A stretch of 64,000 nucleotides of DNA from Vicugna vicugna (taxonomy: Eukaryota): NCBI GenBank assembly GCA_013265495.1, contig MU058654.1, forward strand, positions 186,001 to 250,000, written 5' to 3'. Shown piece by piece: positions 13,200-25,709 of the stretch (position 1 is the first letter of the stretch; every line of letters begins with the position of its first letter). The position numbers and the translations under genes were made by a program. The notes beneath the pieces were generated by a model. The model did not search any database. It was not told where the DNA came from and was given only the letters and a program-made list of their open reading frames with translations.

Positions 13200-14480
13200 A
13201 AAAGATAAAAAATACATGATGAAGCAAATACAAGTCATAATGAAAAGAAAACAATAGAGATTTTTCAAATAAAAATATGTTCTGTAGTGATTACTCTTTA
13301 TACTTGTATAAATAAATGTGTCTAGTATTATATGTACTGAATAGTGAGTATTGAACAGCAAATTGAAAAGATCTAAAGTTAAACAGGAAAATATTTGTGG
13401 ACCACAAAACAAAGAAAATAGAAAAAAATGTGTGAACTAAAAGTCTACCTATTTTAAAGATGGAGACAAAATTTCTAACATCTGTCTAAAAACATTTATG
13501 TATCGAGTAAAGTGACGATGAGGGAGGAGAACTATTTGAAAAAAATGTAACAAATATCCCAGAACTGTTACATACATAACAAATGCATACATATTTACAT
13601 ACATAAATAGCATATATGCTCAAAATGGATGAATACACAGACTACTGAGTAGGATAAAATTAATCAAAAACAAACCAAAAACTCCCACTGAAACACAATA
13701 ACATGAAATTTTGTAGTATTAATACTGAAGAAAATATTCTTAAAGATACCAGAAATAGAAGAATGATTATTAGCAAGGGAATAGAAATCAGACTGACACC
13801 AGATTTCTCATCAGCAGTGCTGAATACAAGAACACAACAAAGCTACATCTCCCAAGTTCTGAGAAGAATATTTTGAACCTAGCATGCTATAGTCAGCCAA
13901 GCCATAATTTAAGATGAGGGGATAATAAAGACTTTTTTCAGACATAGAAACTTTATAACATATGGAACTTCTCTGAAAGGATTATAAGAAAATTTACTCA
14001 AAGATAAAAGTGGAAGAGAGGACATTCATGAATTATTTTGAGCAAAATATAAAACAATGTCATATTTTTATCAAAATCGATGTGACAATATTAATCTAAG
14101 TGGTAAAATACATATGTAAAGAGTGGGGTGAGCAAAGAGGGAAAAGTTTGCTCAGATATAAGACATAAATACTGATAAATTCTAGACTGAACATTACATT
14201 TAAGATACTAGAGGCACTTAAATAGTTAGGCAACATAAATAAAAGATTAAGAAGAATGCTTTCCAAATCCACAATAGTAGTTGTGTCTGAGGAAAGACTC
14301 TGGAATACATATTGATGGAGGATAGGGATATTAATCAAATTAAATTTAACCACAATGCTTTAGTTATTAAAAGCAAGATGAATTCACTTATTTTAACAAA
14401 AATCAATAAAACTAGAAAGCAGGGTATATGCATTGCATGATAAAGCATACGTACCAAAAAAAGAAGAAAAAAATTCATCA
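13200..14480 (+). mobile_element. Ancient L1/HAL1-like ORF1 remnant
   Basis: AATCAGACTGACACCAGATTTCTCATCAGCA, GAACCTAGCATGCTATAGTCAGCCAAG and ATAAAGACTTTTTCAGACA are ORF1 C-terminal motifs. Confidence 0.7.
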
Positions 14481-14493
14481 TCCATAATCCCTC

Positions 14494-15204
14494 TGTAACC
14501 CAGCAGGACCCTATGGGGCCTTCCCAAGACAGACTCCCCAACCCCCACCATGTCCTCTGCCTGCCTCTTGTCAGTAGAAAAGCTTTAGCTGAAGAATTAA
14601 TTTAATCAGAGGAATGAGCAAATGAAGAAACAAATGGAAACTAGTCAAACAAGACCAAATAATGATAGCTTGCCATTAAACGAAGTCAAGGACCTTTCCT
14701 TCCTCCTCAAGAGCTGTTGATAATATTCTGAGCCATATTCTTTGAGCTGTTTTATAAAAACTGAAACATCTCCAACAGATGGAATAAGTTGACTACATGA
14801 TGACCAAAGGGCAATCATGACATAAGCTGCTCCATCTTACACAATTTCAAGAACTGGCATCAAGAAAATGGGAGCAAACTCACCCTGGAACTGAAAATTA
14901 ACTGTACTTATAACAATCAAGATGATACTGATCAGACCACCCTTGACTAATTTCAAAGTAATTGTTGGAGCTGACTATGCTGTTCTGCATGTAGCCCCTT
15001 CCTTCTGTTTATACACCTCTGAAACTCCCCTTTAAAAGTTTCTGCCCCCTGATCAGCAGTGGGGAGTTGGTCTTTGGGACATGAGTCCACCTTCTCCCCA
15101 GGATTGCCAGCTTCCTTAATAAAGCTATATATCCTTTTACCCAACACTTGTCTCTCAGTATTGAATTTCTGATCAATGAGCAGCTGAAACTGAGTTTGGT
15201 AACA
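14494..15204 (+). mobile_element. ERV1-type solo LTR (711 bp)
   Basis: Starts TGTAAC and ends GGTAACA; TATA-like TTTAAAA near 15031; AATAAA at 15118-15123; 4-bp TSD CCTC/CCTT. Confidence 0.85.
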
Positions 15205-15325
15205 CCTTCATAAAATTTTTAAAAACACCCCTAATACTTGATTAGTGTTTTCTTACAGTCTTGGTAACACCTTCATAAAATTTTTAAAAACACCCCTAAT
15301 ACTTGATTAGTATTTTCTTACAGTC
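15196..15325. repeat. 65-bp tandem duplication (2 copies, 1 mismatch)
   Basis: 15196-15260 and 15261-15325 are identical except TAGTGTTTT vs TAGTATTTT. Confidence 0.97.
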
Positions 15326-15499
15326 CTTTCTTTGTATATTTTCATCTAATTGTGATCAGAATGACTGAAAAATGTTATCAGAATTTTCTACTTACCATTA
15401 TAATGTTAAGTTGCTTTTTTCATACCATCTACTTTTCACATAGCAAATTTCCATTTTATTAGTGGTCATCATCCCTTTAATCTCAAAATGCCTCAATCT

Positions 15500-16490
15500 A
15501 GTCATCCATGCTAGTGATGTCTACTCCACATTTTCTCTTGAACACACTCATGTTAGGCTTGTGCCCACAGCTTCTGCTCAAAGATGTCTGAGTCACCAAC
15601 AACCCCACGTGGTCAACCCCAAGTTCTGAGCCTCAGTCTTGCCAGATGGCTTCACAGCATTTGGTATTTACACTAATGACTCCAGATTTTGTTCTCTAGC
15701 CCCATCTCTGAACTGAACTTGCATAGATGGCTTCCTCCTCTGAGTCTTCACTTGGGTGTTAGTTAATCATAATCAAACTTAATATATTTGAAATCAACCT
15801 CTTGATTTCCAGCCCAGGAAATGAACCTTCCCTTAATTTTACCCATCTCAGTAAATGGTAACTTCATTTACCCAATTGCTCAGGCCAAAAGCCTTATAGA
15901 TCTGGTGATCCCTCTCTCTCACACCCTGACTCTAAATCAAACTGTCCAGGCTGCCCTCACAAACATCCAGTCCAAGCCCCTGTCATCACTCATCTGGTAG
16001 GCTGCAAGAGCATCAACCTTGTCTCCCTGCTTCTATTTCTGTCTCCTGTCAATCTATTTTCCATGCCACACAGTGTTCTTCTTAATATGAAAATGTTATC
16101 ATGTCACTCCACCACCCTCCAAGCTAAAAATTCTCCTAATGGCTTTTAAAACCCCAATTCAAGACAGTTCTCTTGGCTCTGAGCCCGTGTATGACATGAC
16201 CCCCTCACTCACTGCCTTTGAGCCATACCTGTTGGTTTACTGTCCCGTGAGCACACCAAGCAAGCTGTCCTTAGTGAAGTCACATGCATTTGTTGTCCTC
16301 GACGCCTGGAATGCTCTTTCCCCAGATAATTTCATGCCTCGCTGCACCACTCTCTTTGGACTCTTGTCCAAATGTCACATCCTCGCAGAGTCCTTCCCTG
16401 ACTTCTAAATCTAAAACTAACCATCAGTACTGTCTTTCTTTACCTTTATTTTTATTTACAGTATTTATTATCCAAACATTATGTTATTTC
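15500..16490 (+). mobile_element. L2 (L2a-like) 3' region
   Basis: GTCACCAACAACCCCACGTGGTCAA, CCCATCTCAGTAAATGGTAAC...TTGCTCAGGCCAAAAGCCTT, GCCTGGAATGCTCTTTCCCCAGAT. Confidence 0.85.
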
Positions 16491-18249
16491 TGTATTTCTA
16501 CCCTCAACCCTAAACTGCTATTATTTATTTTATAGGTGAGGAAATTTAGGCTTTGCAGTGATGATTGAGACTATTATGCGTGGAGCTGAAACCCAAGGTT
16601 TTGAAGTCCACAGATGCTCTTTTCATTTACTATGAAACTAGGATGTTGATGCTATAGGTAGGAAAGAGAGAGAGAAAGGAAAGAGATGAGAGAGTTTAAG
16701 GGTAATTTATTTTTAATATTTGAGAGTGGAGGACAAAGAACTCGTTTAATTATAAATCATAGCCCTGTCCAGTAAAGAAGGAAAGGTTTGAATGCTGCTT
16801 AGCAGCTGGTGCCAGGAATTGACCACAGCTTGGTAACGCTGTTTTAAATGGCTGCAGGTGTGACTTGAAGGCACCAGAGAAGCCAGGACAGAGTGGAGGT
16901 CACCCTTTGGATGCCATAGGCTATTAAGGTAATTTGGGAGCTGAGTCAAGGAAGATGTGGTTTGTTGAACCACAAATCCAAAGGGAAAGGGAAAGTCTTT
17001 GAAAATGGGAGAGGGTAAGTATTCCTTTGTCCTGTTCAGGGAAAGGGCAAAGGAAGCCCAGCTGGACACAATTAAGTCTGCAAAAGGTCCAGAGGGTCAG
17101 GGGCAAGAAAGAGGAACAGGTAAAAACTGACCTCTACGCCAACTCTGACACAAACCAGTAGGGGCAAAGAATGTCTTGTCATTTTGCATATTTCCAGAAG
17201 ACGAGAAGGTGGCTGTGCCATCCACACCAATGCTATTTGGGCCAAATGTTGAGAGTATCATCTGATATAAAACATAAGCCTCAGTGAAAGCACTCTGAAA
17301 GGACTGGTGTTACATACATTAGGGGGACCTCAGTTCTTACCAGGTCCACCAAAGCTTACTCCAAAGTTTGAACTGAGTACCCCTCTGCCCTGCTCTCCAT
17401 CCTCTTCCTCACATCTGCTCCATACTAATCATTGCATTCTCTTCATCTCTGCTTATAGTACTTTCTTCCCCACTCTAGCATATATTTCTTCTCTCTAGGG
17501 CAGAAATCTGACTCTCATCTCCATAGTGCCTAGATCTTTGCATCAATTTGGGCATATAAACTGTTCAAAAATATTCAGTCAGGTGACTGTAAACGAATGA
17601 AAACATCCCAATTCTCATTCTTCGAATCAAATGCTTGTCTCTGGTCATTTGAATGAGACTTAAATGCAGTCCGTAAAGTAATAGTACACCCAGGATTATG
17701 TGCATGACTTTGTTCCATCTGTCCATGACAAGTTCTCTATCAATCAGATGATTTCTTGAACTGTAATTCACAAGCTCAAGAGTATATAACCGGTGTGTCC
17801 ATAAATGATGGGATGCAAGAAGGAAATAGGAGTCTCACCTTTGAATCCCAAAAGGCTCCTTTGTAGGTCTACAAATGAGATAGAGAAGCTTCGATGATTA
17901 GAGGATTAATAACAAAGAAATTTACTTTTTAAATGCATTATTTTAATTCCTTTATTAGATAATGCATACTCATGGGAAAAGTGGGAGGGGGAGAAAGTTA
18001 TAAAAAAAAATTTGAGTCACATCCAGAGATAAGAACTACTAACAGGTTACTATATTCCCATCAGCTAAATTGAACAACAAGAAAATATTATATTTGATGT
18101 GCACATATGTGTGTATGTGTGTACATACAAAGCTCTATCTATCCATTTATCTCTTCCTAGAATCTCAAAGTGTGTACTTCAGAGTCAGACAAAACCTAGC
18201 TCAGGAGCAAGCTAACATCCTATCCTGAGCAAAGTCAATAGGACCTATT

Positions 18250-18610
18250 CAGGACGGATGGTGTGAACAAAGGACAACAAGGGGTCAAATGTATTATCCA
18301 GTTCTTTGATTGAGCAATTGGGTGGGTGGTGATGCCATTTGTTGACTGTAAGCATCAAAAGGGCAACGCATTTGGGAATGGGATATAGGATATTATGGAC
18401 CTCATGTTTTTAGTTTTGTATTTGATTACTTTTGTGGCAAACAGAGATGTCCGAAATGCAGTGGGAAGTACAGATCATAATTTCAGGGGAAACGTGTGGG
18501 ATTCTTGGGGACAAATACAGTTGGGAGGAGTGTTTGAAGTGATGAAGAAAGCTGAACTCACCTGGCTGAAGGGAAGGAACAAGCAGATTCAAGAGCAGAT
18601 CCCTAAGGAG
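18250..18610 (-). mobile_element. L2 fragment
   Basis: TTGAGCAATTGGGTGGGTGGTGATGCCATTT is the antisense of the L2 motif seen near 15850. Confidence 0.7.
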
Positions 18611-18659
18611 CTCAGAAAGGCAGGGACGAGGAGCTGTCACTGGAGAGCAACCAGCATGG

Positions 18660-18890
18660 ACATTTCTGATTATATTTCCTAGATATGATAACATCCACTC
18701 ATTAGGCTTAAACTACTCTTAAATTGTTGATTGGCATTGTGAAATTGACCTTTAGAAATGTTATGTGAATTTTCATTCTCATGAACAGTGTACGTGAGTG
18801 CTCGTTCCTGAAATGAGCACAGCACTTGATCTTATGCACTTGAAACGTCACTGCCAATAAGTCATAGACTGATTTTGAATCTCACTTTAT
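18660..18890 (-). mobile_element. Ancient L1 3' ORF2 remnant
   Basis: TTTCATTCTCATGAACAGTGTACGTGAGTGCTCGTT resembles antisense L1 (TCCCACCAGCAGTGTATGAGAGT). Confidence 0.5.
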
Positions 18891-19279
18891 CGAATAATAG
18901 CCCTGCATCGATCATTAAAGCACACATAGAAAAAAGAGGTGGATTCAATTCCTAGATCTAACTCTTGCTAGTGGGACTTAATCTGTCTGATCCAGAGTTA
19001 CCTCATTTGTAAAATAAGTGTGATTCTTGCATGCCAGGTTTGTGGTTGGACCAAAAGTGAGAACACAAATTTCCCATGTGAAAAATATTTTTTCTTCCAC
19101 TTCTTCCTTTCTTGTCTAGTATTTCTTAGAAAAACTATAAAGGTGATCACGCTCAGCAGACATTTTCTGTCTACAAAAATTTAATTCAGAACACATATTT
19201 TGAGCACTGTCAAGGTATTTTACTAAGATGCTGTAATTAGCTAGACCCTGTACCTGCCCTCATAGGAGGACGCAAGAAT

Positions 19280-19490
19280 ATTATTGATGCATGTGAGTGC
19301 TGGCTATTTCACTAGGCACTTTATGCACATTTTTCCAAATCAATTTATTCTTTATAGAATTTCTCAATTTATGACTGTGAAAACTGGCTCCAACAAGTTT
19401 TATGTCCACAGTGAATTAGCTAGTGAGTGTCAGAACCAAGATTGAAGCCGAGGCTTATTATAGCTCCAATCCCAGGCTCTGTCTACAGTG
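19280..19490 (-). mobile_element. MIR SINE
   Basis: AGGCACTTTATGCACATT...AGCTAGTGAGTGTCAGAACCAAGATTGAAGCC. Confidence 0.65.
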
Positions 19491-19639
19491 TTAAACAATC
19501 TATAATCCAGTATGTTTACTAGATTTTATTCTGTAAATGCTCAGAGGTCATGTTAAGGAAAACCACTCAACCAAATTTTCTAAATAATAAAAAATAAACT
19601 GGTAGAATTTAGAAAAAATACTTCAGTTAATGGGCTTAT

Positions 19640-21660
19640 ATGTAATGTGTTCAACTGATTTTGTCCATCTGTATTTAGATTGCCACGACTTTATAAAAGT
19701 GATGTTAGAGGAAACAGCCAATGCAACTAGATAAAGAAATCATTTAAAGACATAATAACTGAAAAAAGAGAGATAAATAACCTTTGAAATGATGGTATAT
19801 CTATAAAAATATAAGAAAATCAATACAAATACTATTATATACAATAAAGAACTAAATACCGTATTTGAAGACAAGTAAACAAGATAAAATTTTTAAGGAT
19901 ACATTTACTCAAAAGATATGCAAAACCTGTAAGAAGAAAGTTTTAAAATACTACGGAAAGACAGAAGAGTTGACTAGGATAAACTGAGAGACATATCATG
20001 TTTGGGAATAGAAAGGTATCATTAAGATAAACATTCCCTCAAGATAATTTGTAAGTTTAATAAAATATCAACAGAAATATCAATAGATATCTTATCTTTG
20101 GAGTTAAAACATTTCTACTAAAGTTCAGTTGAAAACAGTGAACAAGACCAAGAATGACTAGATTAACCCTTAAAAGGAAAATGTAGGGTAAAATTCCACT
20201 CTAATCAAATCAATGAACCTTGGCACAGGTATAGACAGAGAGTCCGATGGCACAGAAGAGAAAAATCCAGAAATACATTCAAGTGTTCGTGAAAATTTAG
20301 CACATGATAAAGATGGCACCTCAAGTCAGACACATTTGTAATAAATCATGCTGATACAACTGGGTAACCATATAATAGCAATGTATGTAAAAATATAATG
20401 GAGTCACATCATGTGGTAAGCCAGGATAAAATCCAAATAAATTAGAGATCTAAAGGTAAAAATGTGAAATCAGACAAGTAGGAAAAAACATGGGTGAATT
20501 CATTTCTATTTTGTGAGTGGAAGAAAATATCTTCCTAAGAATTGCCCCAAATCAAGAAGCTATTATTTTTAAAAGACTGTTAGGTTCAACTGCATCTTAT
20601 CAAAAAGTGTTTGCGTGAAAAACAAATAAACAAAAGCAAAGTCAAAGACAAACAACACAAGAAAAAAAAAATACTTGCAACTTACATCAGAGAAAAAGCA
20701 TAAAAATCTCAAAATAAGATCAACACGCAGATAGAAAATTGAAACGGTAATGTGAAGAGATATTTCAAAGTAGAAGAAACGTAAATGGTCAAGAGAGATA
20801 TAATAAATGCTCAATCTCATCTATAATAAGAGAAATACAAATTTAAATTAGCCTGCGTCTCACCAAAGCTTTGCCACCACCTCAACTGGAAGAATAGTGA
20901 ACCAACCGATACCTTCCCGCATTGATGGTAGGGATGCCAAAATGGTACCCATATGGAAAAATATTGATCATATCTAGCAAAATGACATACACAATTTCTT
21001 TTTGACTGAATAATCTCAGTTTCAGAAACCTATCCCAATTATGCCTGGCAGAAGTATGAACTTACTTACATAAGATTATTCCTTTGTAACATTATTTTTA
21101 CAAGCAAGATATTCAAAACTTACTCCAAAAAACCTTCAGTAGGGCACTGAATAAACTATAACACATTAATGTGATATCAAAAAAAAGATACTTTTGAGAA
21201 ATTTTAAATATTCAAATAGTATTTAAATATAGTGAGTCTTAGTTATATCAATGAATTATTGTAATAATAATACAACACATTATACAATAATATTATTATA
21301 AGTGCTGTAGTGAATTTTGTAAGGTTATAAATATGGCATAATGGTTACCTAAGAAAATGTTCTTTTTTTTTAAAACGCAGATGTATATTGATATGGGCAG
21401 GGGTAAAATGACATGATGTCTATGATTTGATTAAAAATGCATTATTGTGGATCAAAAATTTAATGATGGTTTAATGTAAGAGTTGTGATAACCAGTGAAC
21501 TACCAGTGAGTAGTATATAAAAATTTGCTTCAAAGTATACAGTACCTCACTAGTGAAAACTTGACAATTATTTGCAAAATATTAAAAGATTATATACCAA
21601 CATTGAATAAACTGTCAAAGGATGTTCTGTCAATTCAAATTTTAAAAAGCTAAAAGGCAG
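19640..21660 (+). mobile_element. Ancient L1 (L1ME/MC-type) ORF2 3' half and 3' UTR fragments
   Basis: A-rich decayed ORF2 motifs: TAGAGGAAACAGCCAATGCAA, TGGCACAGGTATAGACA, AAATCCAGAAATACA, AAATGCTCAATCTCATCTATAATAAGAGAAATACAAATT. Confidence 0.8.
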
Positions 21661-21696
21661 AATCTTTGCAGATAGCACAGTGCATGCTCCTGTAAC

Positions 21697-21880
21697 TAGA
21701 ACCATAGAATTCCATTCTGGAAAGATCTTTAAGCATCAGTGCCCAGGCATGCTCCCTTCTGATGCCTGAGTCAAGTAATTGTACATCCTCTGTTCACACA
21801 CATCCAGCAACAGGGGACTCACTACGTTATGAGGTAGCTCATTCCACCCTTGAAAAGTTCTGTTAGATCGTACCTTGCTC
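21697..21880 (-). mobile_element. L3/CR1 3' remnant
   Basis: CATAGAAT...CTGGAAAGATCTTTAAGCATCA...ACATCCAGCAACAGGGGACTCACTAC...GGTAGCTCATTCCA matches the antisense CR1 3' end. Confidence 0.6.
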
Positions 21881-22374
21881 TTAGTGGTCCAATGAAATTT
21901 TTCATGAAGGCTTTGGGCTTTAGGTTAACCTCGTGTGTCCCTAGAGATGAAAGTATAATACAGAGAGACAGGAGAAAGGAGTAAGGTGATCACTGGTGAA
22001 TCTAAATCAGGATCCCATCCCAGGGACCTAGTCCCCAACCCATGGAGTTCAATCCCTTTCAGTTTCAGTGAGACGACTCTGATTCTGGTCCTGAAATTCT
22101 AGTTCCAGTGACATATTTCTGGTAACATACTATTGAATGCTTGTCTTACATCCAAGTCTAGATCAGCTGCCTAGTTTCTATTTCCTTCTGTTCTCACAGG
22201 TTCAGATCAGAGCATGGGTATGAAGGGGAGGGTGATCACACAGAAAGAGTTAACGTGGACCTCCAAGCAGATTAAGATGCTCTTTGGTGGGGGGGGGGAG
22301 TCGCTGCTCTGAGCTCCCACTCCATGTCAACATGGAAATATTTGAGAAACAATATTACTCTGAATCATACCTTC

Positions 22375-22560
22375 ACTAACATTCATTGGCTAGTTATTAT
22401 AAGTCAAGTGTTTTAACATAACATCCACAAGGACATTCTGGGTGATGTCCTCTTATTTTCATTTTACAGCTAAGGAATCAAGAAAAATTGAGTGGTTTGC
22501 CCAAGAAAACATAGTAGTAAAGAATCAGAATTCAATTCCTAGTTTATCAGAGTCTGTAAG
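22375..22560 (-). mobile_element. MIR SINE
   Basis: CATTTTACAGCTAAGGAATCAAG...TTTGCCCAAG core. Confidence 0.65.
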
Positions 22561-24339
22561 TGTATAAAATAGATTGCAAATTCCAGATATGCTAGAAATA
22601 TTTCATAGGTCTAAGTGGCTCTCTCATTATTTATGATGGATTCTGTCCATCTTTGTAACAACTGAAGTCCAAATCAGAAGTTTGGCTTGCAGATACCGCC
22701 TTCCCTTCTCACGCATGAACATAAGGTCACCTACGTAGGTGTCTATACGGTCACGCCATCTCCCTCCTGGGCTTGTGCTTTGGATTTCTGGGGTCCAAAT
22801 TTTGGTCATTACAATGATTCCCCTTAAATTTTGTCTAATTTTACTCAGCCTACCAATTAGTTGGTCATGAGCCTTTAAGACGCTGAATCTATTATGAAAT
22901 GTTTTCTAATTTGCCCAATTTGTGAATTCTGCAGTTTTGATTTCTTCAGATTTGTCAATAGTTCCATCCAATGTTGAAGACCATCTGAGGACAGATCCCT
23001 GCCACACACCATTGGCAATCGCCTTTCAGTTTGACCCCAGTTCATCATTCAGCAACTCGTGATGCAATAATTCAGTCTCTTAACTACACATTGTCCAGAC
23101 ATGTCCCCTCTTTGTCTGCAGGTATTTCCAGAGGACTTGTGTACACCTCACTGAAATCCATCTGTACTATGGCTGCCACAGCGAGTTTTTGTGGGGAAAC
23201 AAGGGGGAAAAAAAGCAGACAGAGGCCCTATGGGACAGTGCCTAGGGAGTTTATATTGATTCTCTTCAACAGTTAGTTCCAGAACCGTAGTCAGAATCAT
23301 TACCTGCTTCCCCAGTCTCCTATCTGTGGAGTTCTCCTCCCCCTGTTTAAAGGGAGAAAAACTAGTATGAGTTTGCTTCCCAACCTTTTCCTGGTCCCCC
23401 AAAGAGGAGGGAGCCACACACCACTGCAGCATCATTGCATGCTTGTCTCAAAGCTGTTCACACCTTCAGTTTCCTCATTTTATCCTCCCAAAAACATTCG
23501 AGTCATTTTTCTCCTTTCTGTAAAGATATTGTTTCCCTTCATGGTCACTCACTGCACACAAGCTGACTCCAGAGCTCTCTGCAGAAAGTGCAGGCTTGAA
23601 ACTGAAGTTGACAATGTCTACATTTTTTCTGCACTCACTGTGGACCTCACAGTGTAAGCCACGCTCCCATTTTCCAGCCCTGAATGGAGCCAAATCAGGG
23701 AGCCGGAGGACAGACTGTTTTTATGAGCCTTATCCTGCAAGCTGGCCCCTGAGCATCTTTGACTGTCAGCTTTTTATCACCCTCATTTTTTTGTTATTCC
23801 ACTACTGACTTTTTTTTTTTTTTTTAATTAGAGGAAGTCTGCTTGAAAACCTGCACTGTTCAGGGGGATTCTTTTGTCATTGTTCCACTAGAAATGGGCC
23901 CCCGTCTTTCTTCCTTCACAAGATAGTGTACTTCTCAAATTCTCCCTGTCGATAGAATCAAAACAAGTTATGTACTGCCAGATAAAGTTCATTTTTATGA
24001 TCTCTTTATTCAAATTCTGGTTTCCTAAAAAAGATGGCTTATGCCATGTACCTCGTAGTCAGACACACTGATACACTGACAGCTCTGGAGAAGCAACAGT
24101 AAGTGACTTGGGCTCTGTCTCCAGTGAGCCACCCTCCTGGTTTCCAAGTGCGCGCTGTTAAAGATGGGCGAAGACTGACTGTAAATGATACTAAACAGAA
24201 ACAAGGGATCGAAAAGAGCATACTAGAGACTTTTTCTGTGGATCAAAAATGCGCAGTTTCTTCCTGATATTTCAATTCTGTGTCAGAAAACCAACCTAGC
24301 CTCATGATTCAGATCTTCAGTTTTGCAATTGTTTGCCAT

Positions 24340-24490
24340 TCAAATGCTTCTACTTACCACCTCTGTGATCGTGGGGAAGCTAATAACCTCTCTGACCCTC
24401 AGTCTCTTGGACTCTAAAAATCCCACAAGTCAAATGTGAGGCTTCAACAGGATGGTGCGTGTGCAGGGCTTGTGGAATCAGTAACACCGC
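24340..24490 (+). mobile_element. MIR SINE
   Basis: CTACTTACCACCTCTGTGATCGTGGGGAAGCTAATAACCTCTCTGACCCTCAGT. Confidence 0.65.
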
Positions 24491-24499
24491 TGTCAGCAA

Positions 24500-24730
24500 A
24501 ACTAGCTCCTACCCCATTGACTGAGCACCTGCCGCACATCCAGCACCTTCCTCCACGTGTGACAGGCTTTACACGAGCTTACTGTTGTCTTCCTCACAGT
24601 TACCCTTCAGGGTAGTGTGTGCATGCTCCCCACGTTCCAGATTGTGCTAAGATCAGCATCACGGGTTAAGGGGTGATGTCCGGGTGCTCGCTCACGCTCT
24701 CTGACCCCAGAGTCCTCGCGTTAACCACAC
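24500..24730 (-). mobile_element. MIR SINE (decayed)
   Basis: ATTGACTGAGCACCT...TCCTCACAGTTACCCT...CTCTGACCCCAGAGTCCTCGCGTTAACCAC. Confidence 0.55.
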
Positions 24731-25285
24731 AGGTTCGCGAACAGTCGCTTTAATCAGTTATGGTGAAAACGAAAGATAAAACACAGCATGGGCCCCTCCC
24801 CCTCCCTCACCCGTTCCTCTCACAAACAGCCTCAGCCCAGCAGCTCCGGGGGAGTGTTTGCCTCACAAGCAGGTGGTCTCAGTCTCTTTGGTGTACAATG
24901 TGGGTTGATGTGACCCAGGTCCCCTTGACCCCCCACAATCACTGCTCTGGCTGATGCCTGGAGCTTGGGGCTGTTGGGTGTAACAAAGCACAGAGGACAC
25001 TTTGGCTTCTTGGAAACATCTCCAGCCGGAAACTTGCAAAGCGACTGTTGTCCAGACCCAACGTGGCCGACCAGACTGCATAGAGTCTTCTGGTTTCACC
25101 AGAGAAGCTTTACAATGCCCTTGACGACACCTCCACAAGTCATCTGACTCAGAAAAAAAAAAAATTAAAAATTACCAGTTCTCCCTGCCCCTGATACGTA
25201 ATCAGCCTGAGCTGACGACAGCCACGCATTCAGATGGCAGTCCCAAAATATTCTAACGAGTAGACCTCGGAACATCTGTGGTTGG

Positions 25286-25709
25286 TGTGATGGTTAGCTT
25301 TATGTGTCATCTGGGCTGGGCTATACAGTACGCAATTCAGCAAACCCTAAATGGCGTGCTGCTGTGAGGGTTGTTTCTAGTGATTAATATTTACAATCAG
25401 CTAAATTTAAGTAAAGGAGATTATCCTCCATCATCAGGGTAGGTCTCACCCAATCAATTGAAATGCGTTCGGAACAAAACTGGGGTTTCCCTAAGGAAGA
25501 AGAGATGCAGCCTGTGGACTGGAGCATCAGCTCCTGCCCAAGAGTTTCCAAACTGCTGTCTTTCCCTACAAATTTGCCTCATCAGCCCCTGTAATAAAAT
25601 AAGCCAATATCTTAAACTCTGTCTCTCTCTTTATCTATCTATCTATCTCTCTATCTATCATCTACTGATATACAGGTTCTATTTCTCTGGTAGAACCCTG
25701 GCTGATACA
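25286..25709 (+). mobile_element. MLT2-type ERVL solo LTR
   Basis: TGTGATGGTTAGCTTTATGTGTCA...GAACCCTGGCTGATACA; internal (TCTA)n; perfect 5-bp TSD GTTGG at 25281-25285 and 25710-25714. Confidence 0.93.

Noticed and set aside
22728..22741. 14-bp perfect palindrome CACCTACGTAGGTG
   Set aside because: 7-bp arms are expected a few times per 64 kb by chance
24034..24105. Short ATG-initiated reading frame ending at a CA|GTAAGT donor
   Set aside because: Weak upstream acceptor, unrecognised peptide and no partner exons
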